A stretch of DNA of 64,000 bases from Zootoca vivipara (taxonomy: Eukaryota): NCBI RefSeq assembly GCF_963506605.1, contig NC_083277.1, forward strand, positions 95,046,001 to 95,110,000, written 5' to 3'. Under the pieces are notes generated by a model, which worked only from the letters and a program-made list of their open reading frames with translations, was not told the origin of the DNA and ran no database searches. A program made the position numbers and the translations under genes. How positions within the stretch are numbered: position 1 is the first letter of the stretch; each line of letters begins with the position of its first letter. Below are positions 39,558-51,899 of this stretch, one piece after another.

Positions 39558-40449
39558 CGATAGATGTACCATTGATTTCATATTGGATCCTTGGGTTGCA
39601 ATCTTAAAGCATACTTGTTTGGGACCATTGCTTAGGCTTGACTGTTATTTTTTCCTAGAAATTATGCAGTTGATGAGGCTGCAGTTTAAGGGAAGACTAG
39701 TATAGGACAAGGCAGCTTTCTCTGTCCAGTCCTTTTCCAACGAAACATCAACACTTATTGGGTCACTTTTACCCATGTTGAGGAAAAAGTACCAGGATCC
39801 TTCCACTTCAAACCACATCCTTAGTGGCTGTATTATTATTTTTTGCAAAAGAACTACTGATCTAATTCTCATGAGTTTCTTTAGGAAACAAATACCAGTT
39901 TTCAACCTTTTAGTGCTCTTGCAGTGCTAGTTATACAGAAAATACTTCAGGCATGATGGGAGAATGATGAAGCAGAGATTTCTGTACTGACCTTCAGAGA
40001 GTCTGAAAATACAAGACTCCATTTATCTAAATGTCGTGCTAACACTGAATTTCCACATAGAATAACCACCACTCAAACTATTCAAGGCTTCTCAAAGGAA
40101 CTGTAGAATGGAAAAGACTTCCTTCCTTTTGCCAATCCACAGAGCAATCACATGGCAAAACCATGGTCAGAGGATCAATGCAGCTGCCAGATATTAAATG
40201 TGGTAAGACCATAGTCCTGAAAGCATTGCACTGCCTGCCTGTGAATTTCAGGCCCAATTCAACAAGTTGATGTACAAAAGTCCTATAGGCTTGAGATCAT
40301 CTCTCTCAACACTGACCAACCTGTGCTTTAAGATCAGCAGGGGGGCTCTGCTGGTGATGCCACAAATAGATATGGCCCATGGGGCAGCAGCAAGACAGAG
40401 CCTACTCTGTGGCAGTGCCCCACTGGTGAAACTGTTTACCGCATTACAG

Positions 40450-41040
40450 TGATATAGGCAAAAATCTGCCCTTATTCCCTTATTGGGTTCTCCATCGGTT
40501 GGAGAATATAACAGAGGCCAACCAGAGAAGTTTGAGAAGCAAAGCCTTTATTTTCTCTGTTGCAACAGGGTCCTTCCTCTCACACAGGAGAACAAGGAAG
40601 GAACCCCAAACAAAGGTGTCCTGCCCTTAAAAAGAAATTTGAAATTGGTTTCAGCCCACCCCCCAGAAGCATCATCCATATGTCACAGAAGGGGTGTAGC
40701 CCAAGACCCCTCTCCCTAGATTCATCATAGGTACATCATGAAAGGGGAGGTCTGGTGGCAGTAATCTGAGCATCCTGGACCCTGCCCCCTGCCCCCAAAA
40801 CCTAATCAACAAAATTGAGAGATATTTACATTTCCCTGTTTCCCAGCCAAGTTAATCACACCCTTTTGTCTGGCACCCAGGTATCAGGATGCCAGGGATT
40901 ATCACTTTAATTCCTGAGACAATGCCAGGGATTATCACTTTAATTCCCACCCCCCTTCTTCCTTGCAGAGGAACACCTGGTCAGAGAGAGAGAGTCAAAA
41001 TGGTGTCAGTCAGGCCTGTCTTCCTGTGCTGCTTCCTGTG
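40450..41040 (-). mobile_element. Possible LTR of a retroelement (right boundary uncertain)
   Basis: Minus strand ends ...TATCA with AATAAA about 95 nt upstream, abruptly interrupting an L2-like 3' end; internal 26-bp duplication 40889/40922. Confidence 0.4.
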
Positions 41041-42849
41041 CTGTGATGGTCCACCAATATTGACTGGAAAGTGCAGTTTGTTACTAAAATTACTTGTGAC
41101 ATTCTAGCACTTTGTGATAAGCATTTTCTCGATAGTGGTCTATGCTTTAGAGTTATGAGGAAGGTTCAGCAAAGACTGAAAAATACATTCTGCTTTGTTT
41201 CTGTCTTTTTTGTGTGTGTCTCAGGTGTCAAAGCTGGTTTTCTGGTCTCACATCTCCAACATACTCACAGCAACAACTCCTGGTGAAATCCCCTTAGGGC
41301 TTTTCTTTTGACCATGTTGCCTTGTCCCTGGCATAAGGTTTGGACACGCCGTGAGAGAAATGTCTTTGCCTTTGCCTCCTGTGGGATTGCATTATTATTT
41401 ATTTGGCATGGGTCTTGCACTCTAGGGAAGTTGCTCAGTTGTTCCGAGGGGACCAGATAAAGTTCATTGCACCTGGGATACATGGCCAATCAGAATTGCC
41501 AATTAGAATTTAGATAGTGCCATGGTTTTGAACTTTTCAAACCAATCCATAAAACCATTCTAAGAAGGGCACTTGTCCAAACAGGTCAATTTAACTATAT
41601 AAGGAATCATTCCTCTTAAATCAAAGCATATTCCTCCATGTATCTGGGTTTTTTCATGAATCTTGTAGCTTCTTCTTGGTAAAATGATTTAAAACAATCT
41701 AAAATTGTGTAAGAAGGCTGGCACACTGCAGAGTGCCAGGTGGGACAAGAAAACGTGGTCATAAGTTGATCTAATCTAAATACTGGACTATGCAATATCC
41801 TGATCCTTTAAAAGGCATACAATGCATGGCAATAATACAAAAAAAACCATTGGGACACTATACATTAAACATAAAAAACAATTAAACACAAAATTGGTTC
41901 ACACACCCCCTCCTCCTTGTGGAAATAACATACTGTCAGACATAGCTCAATGTTTCTGTCGAATATCACGCAACATAAAACATAGTAATTATATATCAGT
42001 TGTATGTCTTGAGGCAATCATGATCTTGAGACAATTCCAGCTGCTTTTAAATCCTAGGGCACAGAGTCTTGAGGTCAAGGAGAGAGAATGTCCTTGCAAT
42101 TCAACTTTCCCCCTTTGTCCCAAAGTCATTTATGGAAAACAATGGCTGTGGCTCCTTCTGTTGCTATTGAGCTGTTGAAGAGTTGGGATGTGGGTAGGTT
42201 CTTTAGAAGTACATCTTTGAAGAGATAGCCTGCAGATGGACAAGAGTGCTTGGAACTAAAAGACAGTTAGGAAGGAAGGAGTGGGAAACCAAAAGGGGAG
42301 AATATCCTACAGTATTTCTTAAAAAAATTGTCGGGAAGCTGTAAATGATACACATCCTTTTGAAAATAGGCCTGCAGGGGGTTGGGGCCTGAAGATATAA
42401 TTAGTTAAAAATAATAATAATAAATAGTCAAGAAAGGGGAGAAGCTGCAAATAATATAAGATCATAGTTAAGCATTTTATTCATTTAAATATTATTATTA
42501 TCATTCATATTTAATTACTGCTGTTATTGTCTACTCAGTCTGTTTAATTTACTTCACCTAGTTTGGCTGTGGAGGAAACAAAGGGGAAAAAATTGTTAAT
42601 TAGGACACAATTGATAAGTTATTAACATTTTCCTTATGTGGTTCTGAATTCTCTTTGAGGTTCACGTATCTTGTTTGAAAGGGATTATTATTATTATTAT
42701 TTACAGGAAAGAATGACTTAGATGCTACATTTGTATGTACAGAAAGAAAAAGTAGAAATACCAAAAAAGATACAAAAATAAAACAAAATAAAATTTAGAT
42801 TACCACTCACACAACAATTTTTCAAATGAAATTGGACTTGACACAAAGA

Positions 42850-43400
42850 TATCAGATTTTTAAAAAAAGAATTATCATTAAATAATACAAAGACATTATA
42901 AATTGGAGAGGAACCTTAAAGATCTGAAGGTGAAATATCCAATTAAGATGGAAAAATGGTAAAATAATGGAAAAAGCTCTGAAATTCATCATGTGCTATC
43001 TGATAAAAGAGAACTCTTTGGGGGAAAAACACAGGTGGTACCTGATCAAACATCAGTAATAAGTTTTTGGAGATGCAATGAGTGAAAGACCTCATTCCAC
43101 GTGATGGACTGGTGGACATGCCCCAAAATATAACAAATCAAAACACTGACCAATAAATAAATAAATGCTAAAACACACAATTTCTAATAATGAGCATCTC
43201 AAATGAAAATAAAGAGAGTAGAAATCTAAAGTTGCGCAAGTATCTCAAACTGGCCAGAATGTAATAAGAAATACTCAGGCAAGACTACCTGACAAAATAC
43301 AGTACAGTTACAGAACAATACCTGGTCATTGTTAGAATAATTTCATAGACATAATGGAAAAACTGATTTAATAAATGGAAGCAGATTATTTATAAGCTAA
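42850..43400 (+). mobile_element. Degenerate L1-like ORF2 C-terminal remnant
   Basis: Fragments resembling RWYL, WRC and WWTCP of the L1 ORF2 Cys-rich region; A-rich. Confidence 0.45.
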
Positions 43401-46400
43401 AGGGAAGCGTCAAAGGCAAAGAGAAATGAAATTACTGTTTGTATCTCCTCACTTTTTTTCGTTTTTTTTGCTGTGGAAGAAAAGAATTGGCAAAACACTC
43501 AATCATTGCTACATTAGAAAAGGGAGGGTTATATTAACATAGGGTAATGCTTCGGGGTGAAATGCAAATGAGAGATAAGTATCCATCCTGAGTACCTGCT
43601 AGGAAAGAACAATGGAACAATAGAGCCTTAGTTTGCATAGTCTGTCAACTGGGTGGATCTGACCAATTTCCTATGAATTTCCAAGTGTGGAGGGGGCTTG
43701 TTTAGGTGGCGTGTCCCCCCCCTTGGGAGATAATTTTGCATTAAGGCTCTGAAAGAATTTCTCCGCACCCTGAATCTCAGCATCCTGCTGGAAGGGGGAA
43801 ATTATTTCATGTGAAAATCTTGTCAGGAAATGTTGTTCCTAAAATGTATAGGTATACAGTGGGAGAGCTGTGAAAAGAGTTTTGCATGTTGAACTGGAAT
43901 TGGCAGCTTCTAAACAGTTGATGGTTCAATGGTTCTTTATCTATTTATTTTTACATAAGGAAATTAGAATTTAAGTTTCATGTGCAAAGCATAACCTTGA
44001 ACCTCTTAATTAATTTATAAACTACTCAAGAGACAGACATATAGTAGGAGTACTCTGCTATTTATACCTGTGGAAAGAATCTGGCATGTTAGATTTTTGG
44101 AACTTGGCAACCATTTAACTTTGATGGACCAGTAACACACATGAGGTTGTTTTCCCTCAGTGGTTCAGAGCTTTACATTAAGAAATTAGAATAATATTTC
44201 ATGTGCAGAGTATAACCTTGACACCTCTTAAGTTAAAACCTCCTTTTCTCCTCTCTCTTTCTCTTCAAGCTGACATAGTCTCTGTGCATGTACAGAGTTC
44301 ATGATTCGGCAGTCTATTGTACCATTTATTTATTTATTTTAAGTGCTGCACCTCTTGACAAAATTACCATCTGAATACTGGAAGGGAAGGGGAAAGAGTA
44401 GAATTTAAAATAGGGTTAGATTTCAAACAAAAGATAGAAACATAGCAGTGGTTTTGTTTTTTTTCAGAGCCAGTTTAAATTCGTTTTCCTAGTTTGGAGT
44501 CCTAATACAATTTGATACATTGTTTCTTGTTTCTTGCTGCTTAAGAAGCAGGTTTATAAATCTTAAACTAACTTGGAAGCTGCAATAAAAGTTGGGTCAG
44601 ATTAAAGTCCTAATGAAGTCACCAAATAAACATCTCATACCCCAGGCAAAATAAATCTCGATTCAGACATGTTTCTGTACATTCATGTACATGTTTTATG
44701 AACAATTATTATATATATGACCTTAAAATTCTTATAACAATAGCTATTTAGTTATGAACTTCAGACATTTTTGTCCAGAACTGGAATGCTATTAGAGATT
44801 GGTATATTGTTTAGCTGTGTCTTTTTAAACATTTTTTATTGCTGTATTGACTTTATGATGGTGTGCACTCCCCCTCATTCAGGAGTGGGGGCTTGAAATA
44901 TAATAAGTCATAAAAGAGATGTGGGGAAACTTTGGTCCTTCTGATGTTGAACAACAGCTCCCATTGGTCATACTTGCTGCAGCTGATGAGTTGTAGTTTA
45001 ACAACTGGAAGGGCAAAGGTTCCTTCACATCTGTAGTATATAAACAATTCTGTGTAGCATTTTGCTTAGGGAGTTGCAGTTTGCCTGTAGAGGTGTAGCC
45101 AATGTTACATTGCCCTGCTGTTATTGGGACTACAATTCCCAGCATCCCTGAACCCTGGACTTAGTGGCTGGGGCTGATGGAATCAATAACTTTCTGGAGG
45201 GCACCACATTGGCTCCACCCCTGCTCTAGAAAATGGATGTGTGAACATGTTTGACTAATCTTTGGATCCCTGATGGTGCAGGGTGTTTTATTTTATGCTA
45301 GTGCCCTGAGCGAGACACTAGCACACACTGTGAACAGGTGTGTGTCAATCTGATCTTTTTCTGTGGTTTACGACTGTAGATCGTGGCACGTGTAAAAAAG
45401 GTGGTATTAACCTAATATGACAGGAGATCCCCATTATGAATGTCCTTGACCCTGGTAACAGTCTTATCTCAAAGGTCCTGGAAGGCATCAAGGAGACACC
45501 CTGAGCTCCTAATACTTTGTATAAAGATATGCACTTGTAATCTAGTTACCAGTAAAATCTAATTAACACCTGCTAAAGAATGGGTGTGACACAGATAAAG
45601 TGATAAGATAAAGTCAGGAAGCAAACAAAGGTAACTAGTTTAGTCATTGCCTCACTAGGATTATATTCTTTCAGCGTTACATTAAGCAGTATAAACAAAA
45701 TGGGAAAGAGGAAGGAAAATCTGGGAAGAAATAATAGAATGATAGGATGTATAGGAATTGCTCATCTCAAAGCCTTTCTCCCTTCTTTGTTAGAATGCAT
45801 AGGCTAAAATTAGTACAAAAATCTTGGATTTTCAATGGTTAGCTAGCTCTCCAAGCTCCAACAAGGAACTTAGTACAGTACTCTCAAGGAACCCACACTC
45901 CCTTCACTTTAAGGACAGGCATATCCTTCCTCCTCCATTTCTTGAACATTAGTGTGGGTTCTGCGGGGAAACTGTCATGCTCACTTTCTGAAGGCTTTTG
46001 AGAAAAGTTGGGCGATTCTTTCACTCTTTAGATCAAGGTGCATATGTATTGTAGAATTTGTTGCCTGCTTAATTTGTAATTTTGCTGTCTGTATATATTT
46101 TCTGTCACTTTCATTTCATATAACAATAAACCGAGTTTTCTTTAGGTCTTTTGTGTAAGAACTTTTTGTGGGCAAGGGGTTAGGGGAAAACACATATGCA
46201 TAACAGACACATGTCATAATTCTAGCAAAAGACCCTAAACCTCTTGTGTATACATATGAGTGCTGGACATGCATTTGGGTTCAGACACATACTTTTAACG
46301 CTGACACTTTCTGCAGATTGAAATGACAGCATGAACCATACTTGGCACCTCAGTTGATATAGTGGACAGAGAGCAAATTTCATGTTACCAAGCCTTTCCT

Positions 46401-46462
46401 GCAACAAAGCATTAAGTGTGAAATACTTTAGAACAGGTAAACAGAATGTAGTCCTTCAAATA

Positions 46463-46699
46463 CCCTTTTTCTCATATTTTAAGACATACCCATAAAATAA
46501 GCCATAGCAGGATTTTTAAGCATTCAAGGAATATAAGCCATACCCCGAAAATAAGACATAGTGATAGGCGCAGCAGCAATGCCGGCCGCGGCAGGAGGAG
46601 GAGGAAAAAAATAAGACATCCCTTGAAAATAATAAGCCATAGTGTGTTTTTTGAGGAAAAAATAAATATAAGACGTGTCTTATAATATGAGAAACACGG
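46463..46699. mobile_element. Tc1/mariner-type MITE (second copy)
   Basis: Highly similar to 39099-39338, TA-flanked. Confidence 0.75.
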
Positions 46700-48938
46700 T
46701 ATCACTGGACCACAACTCTGATCATCCCTGACCATTGGCCACAGTAGCTGGAGCTAAGGAGTCAATCAGCACCATTGCAGAACTCTTGGACTGAGAACAA
46801 GATGAAGAATTTTAGACACAATAACCCTGCAACTCTTGCTTTTGTAGTAACTATATAAACAGGTTGAACGGTAATCACCAAATTTGATATAATGAGAAAT
46901 AAATTAAAATATTCCCGAGTCTAAATAATAAACAGGAGGGTGACAGTGGCATCTCTCCTCTTGCATTGCCTCCTTCCAGCCACTGCTGGGGATAGGAAAT
47001 TCTGCAACATCTCTGCATTTGGATGAAGCTAGATCGTTCCCTCACATATGGCAGAATTCTCAGAGGATTCTGTTGCCCACTGTGTCTCTGCATGAGTCGC
47101 AGCTGTGCACTAGCCCTCCTCTAACAGAGCAAGCCCACAACTTACACACATTTAACTTGTTTCCATTCAGCTCTATGCACTTGGCAATAATAAAAAAGGG
47201 GGAAATCTCTCTCAAGAAAAATATCTGGCAATTCCACCTGCCACTGAACCCAACACATTGTGACTACATGACTTTGCCTTTAGGAGCGATCCCCAGAACA
47301 TAACCCCCGCATAAATTGCAGGCGTATCTGCAAAACAGATACAAAACAGTGACTCGTGAGGAAACGCAAAGGGCAGGCTGTATGGTACTTCAGGCAGCCA
47401 CTTCTCACCCTTTCATACCCCTAGAATAAACTTTTTTGGGTGTAAAAGTGGGGCCTCATTGTATTTTAGAAACACTGAGGTAGAACATATGAAGTAAAAT
47501 TCTGTGGCCTTTTTTCATTGTTAAGAGTCTATCACTGTTTTTTTTGGGGGGGGGGTTGCTTTGAAAGGACACATCTCTCAAAGCTGGGGAGGGCTTTGGG
47601 GGCACTGAGAGGTAGCCTTTTTGCCTCTGCAAATTTTCCCTTTAGGGGAGGAAGCTTACCATTTTGTTAGCAATACTATGCTCTGTGTTCGAAAGGTCAC
47701 CGATTGGAATCGTTTACAAACACCACCTTCTCATTTGGGTGCCATAAAGGGGGCACCAATTACACATTGCAGGCGGGGGTAGCATACACAGCAGAAAGGA
47801 CTGGGCACCCAACAGCCAGGATGAAGCATCACAAACAGCTGGTCTGTAGGCTGTGTGGCTACACAGCTAAGCAAGCGCAAGAGCATTTTTCGCATTAAAA
47901 GTAATTTTAGTTATTCTTTTAAGAAGAACGAGGACATTCCCCCTTCCCCACAGGTCACACCCTATCATCTCACTGTGCATTGGCCACAGATAAGAAAACT
48001 GCATTCTCGAAGAATCCCCAGGCAGATGAAAGAAAGAGGCAGGAACATTAAAGGAATGACTCACAAAATTTACTGGATCCATCCCATGTACAAATGGTAA
48101 CTCACTGTGGGCAAGCACTTGGCAATCAGATCTGGTATTACAGCCTTTTGGGAACAAACATATTATTGTACTGCAGGCCAAATGTGTAGTAAGACAAGGA
48201 CACAAGCCTAGAGCATCCCCCAATCTCTAACACTATTTACACTCAAAAGCTTAGATCCTGGACCAAATTATACTGATATCAGTGGGGCTACATGGCAACA
48301 GGAAACCAAGAATCCTTTGTTCATATATAAGCGCTACTCGTAAGAAAGAGAAAAGAAGTTTAGCTGCTTCATGCCTCAGAATGCAATAGTTGATGTTTGT
48401 TGTTCTTATTGTTAAACAACCATTAAAAATAAATGACAAATGGTTTTAAAGAGACTACAATAGTTGGGGTATAAGTTTAACAAGAAGATTTAGAACAGCT
48501 CAACCTTTTGTGCAGTTGAACAAAGCAGTTCCTTGAAATCAGGCCTCATTTGCAAGCACCTCATGTGCATTACCAAGGCAATTCACCAAGAAGCAGACAT
48601 AAACATTAACGAGAGGGTACAGATGTTGTAAAATAGCACAAATCCCTCATGACATTTGCCTGTCTGATATTCTAACCTTCCAACCAGCATAGCCTTATAC
48701 TTCGTACATTGTAGAGACTTTGTGATCACAGCACAAACAGAGGCAAAAACATAGGATATTGTAACATGCAGTAGCTGTGTTCCCACATCCACCTCTCTCT
48801 TCAGCAGCTCTGGGAAGGATGAAGGTAAGTGTGGCATTATAAAGTAGCAAGCTCGCCAAGCTTCAGGAAGGGAATGGGGAAGAAATCAGTCCACAAAAGC
48901 TGAAGAGGTGTTGGGGAGAGGAAGAAATATTGCCAGTG

Positions 48939-49278
48939 TCACTCTTTGAACTTCCATTCCTGTCGACACATTGGACAGTGTTGCTGGACTTGCTGGGAGT
49001 TAAGCCATTTGAGAATGCAATGCATGTGGAAGCAGTGGGAACACTGGCCCCACACTAGGGGACAGTCATCTCCAGGCACTTTACCTGCAAAACATAGGTT
49101 CCATTAGAGCAAAGTTGGGAGAAGACGGTGCACAAAGGTTAAGGAAAATCCCAGTGAACTGATACTCACAGTCTGGGCAGCAGCCATTAAAGGCCATCCG
49201 GCAAATGCCACAGTTCTCATCATTGGCAACCCAGAGCCAAGAAGCAACGCCATGCCAGCTCTTGATTTTCACTTTCAT
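48939..49278 (-). CDS. ANAPC11: Anaphase-promoting complex subunit 11, RING-H2 (84 aa, 2 coding exons)
   Basis: Exons 49278-49170 and 49084-48939: MKVKIKSWHGVASWLWVANDENCGICRMAFNGCCPDCKVPGDDCPLVWGQCSHCFHMHCILKWLNSQQVQQHCPMCRQEWKFKE*; splice acceptor 10 nt before ATG (exon starts 49288). Confidence 0.97.
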
Positions 49279-50025
49279 TGTGCCCAGACTACATACAAAA
49301 CTTAAGATAGCCCCTGAGGGAAGAAGTAAAAGCTTGAATAAGACGTTTTCTGTTGCTGCAGATCTTCCACGTTAAAAAGACTGTGTTAAGAGGTTTTGCA
49401 CAATTTCTCTTAAATATATTGGCTACCTCACACTATGAAGAAGACTCGATGGTATGTCAGATTTATAGATAGGGAAGAGTTAGATAAGAACATTTGGCCA
49501 CTTTCCCAGCTTACAAGAGTGCTAGGATAATTCTTAGGTGTCCCGCCTTATCAGTTCTATGCTGTACGTGTACGGTATCTTAAAACTCCACTGTAGGAAA
49601 GGCTGAGCTATTACAGATATGAGCACAACAATGCAGATAGCTACATAAATGTTACTTGCCATTTCCCAAGTCCCAAACTAAGACAGGTCTATTAGGCATA
49701 GGATTTGGGGGCAGCAGTTCAGGTGACTGCAGACTTTTAGATCTGATTTTTTTCACTGCTTTATAGTGGACAAAATTTGCAGGTAGACGTGTTTGTCCAA
49801 GAGCAGCAGTAGTATCTTTACTAGTACACTCTAAAACATCAAATAGGGAAAGGGAGCTTTTGAGTTCACCATTACTCTTTCTGAGGCTAGATATTAAGCT
49901 AACAAACAAAATGGGGAGAGGAAAAGAGACTGTTGAGCAAGATGGAAGCCTGTAGCTTACAAGTGTTGAAAAAGAGAGGAAAAGAAGTTATTTTAACTTA
50001 CTTACCGGTAGTTAAAGCAATTAAA

Positions 50026-50271
50026 GAGGCTCCAATACTTTGGCCACCTCATGAGAAGAGAAGAATCCTTGGAAAAGACCCTGATGTTGGGAAAGATTGA
50101 GGGCACTAGGAGAAGGGGACGACAGAGGACGAGATGGTTGGACAGTGTTCTCGAAGCTACCAACATGAGTTTGACCAAACTGCGGGAGGCAGTGCAAGAC
50201 AGGAGTGCCTGGCGTGCTATGGTCCATGGGGTCACAAAGAGTCGGACACGACTAAATGACTAAACAACAAC
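50026..50271 (+). mobile_element. BovB/RTE LINE 3' fragment
   Basis: FGHLMRREESLEKTLMLGKIEGTRRRGRQRTRWLD...VHGVTKSRTRLND*, (CAA)n tail, TSD AAAGCAATTAAA. Confidence 0.92.
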
Positions 50272-50409
50272 AAAGCAATTAAAAAATAGAAATAAATGGA
50301 GCACCAGAGTTCTTCGAAAGGGAAAGAGAAAAACGTAACATCTTCAGCACTGTTAAAAGGACTATATTTTCCTTTACTTACTTCACTTTACCTTAAGGGG
50401 TATATTTTT

Positions 50410-50675
50410 GTTGTTGTTTAGTCGTTTAGTCGTGTCCGACTCTTCGTGACCCCATGGACCATAGCACGCCAGGCACTCCTGTCTTGCACTGCCTCCCGCA
50501 GTTTGGTCAAACTCATGTTCGTAGCTTCGAGAACACTGTCCAACCACCTTGTCCTCTGACGTCCCCTTCTCCTAGTGCCCTCAATCTTTCCCAACATCAG
50601 GGTCTTTTCCAAGGATTCTTCTCTTCTCATGAGGTGGCCAAAGTATTGGAGCCTCAGCTTCACGATCTGTCCTGT
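50410..50675 (-). mobile_element. BovB/RTE LINE 3' fragment (inverted relative to 50026-50271)
   Basis: Same C-terminal RTE peptide on - strand, (CAA)n tail. Confidence 0.92.
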
Positions 50676-50677
50676 CT

Positions 50678-50794
50678 GGGACCAAAAATATATTCAGGGG
50701 TATATTTTACTGGCCTGCTATTTGTAGTACTTAAGGCTTAAGTACTACAAACAGCAGGCCAGTAAAATATACCCCTGAATATATTTTTGGTCCC
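50678..50794. repeat. Near-perfect palindrome (58-bp arms, 1-nt spacer, 1 mismatch)
   Basis: GGGACCAAAAATATATTCAGGGG...GTACTTAAG-G-CTTAAGTAC...CCCCTGAATATATTTTTGGTCCC. Confidence 0.95.
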
Positions 50795-51082
50795 CTCTCC
50801 CTTTCTCCTAAAATCCAATCTAGCAAATAGTTTTGTGGCATTGTCTTTAGTTCTGTTGTAGAAAAATTTGGGGGTTGGCAGATCTTGATTTTTCAGTTAC
50901 ACCAGAGTTCACCTCTCCTTTCAAGGAGGTGAGGCCCAGAAAAAAGGTGTGCAAGCCCCTATAAATAAACATTGTCCCATCTCTTAGCCAAAGACTAAAA
51001 GCATCATACACACATCACAGAAAGATGTGGTCTACTACAGAAATTTGAGGGTGTGGCTTCTCTCCAGGATATCTGGTGTTTT

Positions 51083-51293
51083 ACTGATTGCATTACCTGG
51101 GCAATCTTGCCATTCTTTTGAAATGGTTAGTACTTTGGTTTTTGCAGCCAGTTCACAGGCCCACCCTATTCATACACAAATGTGCCCTTAAGACAGGATT
51201 AGTAGGCAAAGAGTACTCCTGAAAATATTTGGGGTTATTAAGAGTCAAGATGGCCTCAGGAATTGCTCTCCCGTACTATTTCAGACATGTAGT
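51083..51293 (+). repeat. 211-bp direct repeat, copy 1
   Basis: Identical to 53381-53591 except one base (GATGGCCTC vs GATGCCCTC). Confidence 0.95.
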
Positions 51294-51736
51294 TTATATA
51301 TTTATATGTGTGTTTACCTTGTGCATTTATGAATATTTATTCTCAGAATTGTTATGTCTAAATAAAAATATTGCACCAGTCACTTCTGTATCACTTTATG
51401 AGGTTCTAAAGAAGTAACATACGCAAGAGAGAGGAACAACACATACAAAAGTACCTGTTCCAAAGAGAATACAGTCTTAACTTTCAGCAGTCTGGGAAAC
51501 GACAGAAAGACCAGAAAGTAGAGATAGAAGCAAAGCATGAATGCGAGCAATTGCAAAGATTCGTTTCAGTTGGGGGTGCAGACTAAGGGGTCGAGCTCAC
51601 AGAAGAGGGGAGTATTTAGAAGGCCTGGGAACCAATTCCAGGTGTAATGGGCAGCAAGGGAGCCATAATAGGAGGGGAACCCCAAGGGTCATTTATTCCA
51701 ACCCCCTGCAAAGCAGTACGAGGAGAACAGCCAGAC

Positions 51737-51871
51737 CAGGCATCCCCAAACTGCGGCCCTCCAGATTTTTGGCCTACAACTCCCATGATCCCTAGCTAAC
51801 AGGACCAGTGGTCGGGGATGATGGGTATTGTAGTCCAAAACATCTGGAGGGCCGAAGTTTGGGGATGCCTG
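51737..51871. mobile_element. Palindromic hAT MITE next to the ANAPC11/ALYREF promoter
   Basis: TIR CAGGCATCCCCAAACT; 8-bp TSD AGCCAGAC. Degenerate relatives at about 1970-2100, 14316-14453, 23449-23575, 44920-45033, 45092-45223, 55848-55983. Confidence 0.88.
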
Positions 51872-51899
51872 AGCCAGACTCTGGGGTAGCAAGGATAAA

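Noticed and set aside
49138-49148. Perfect U12 branch motif TTTTCCTTAAC (minus strand) in the ANAPC11 85-nt intron
   Set aside because: The donor is U2-type (GTGAGT) and the motif is about 55 nt from the AG; no U12 donor seen, so probably chance
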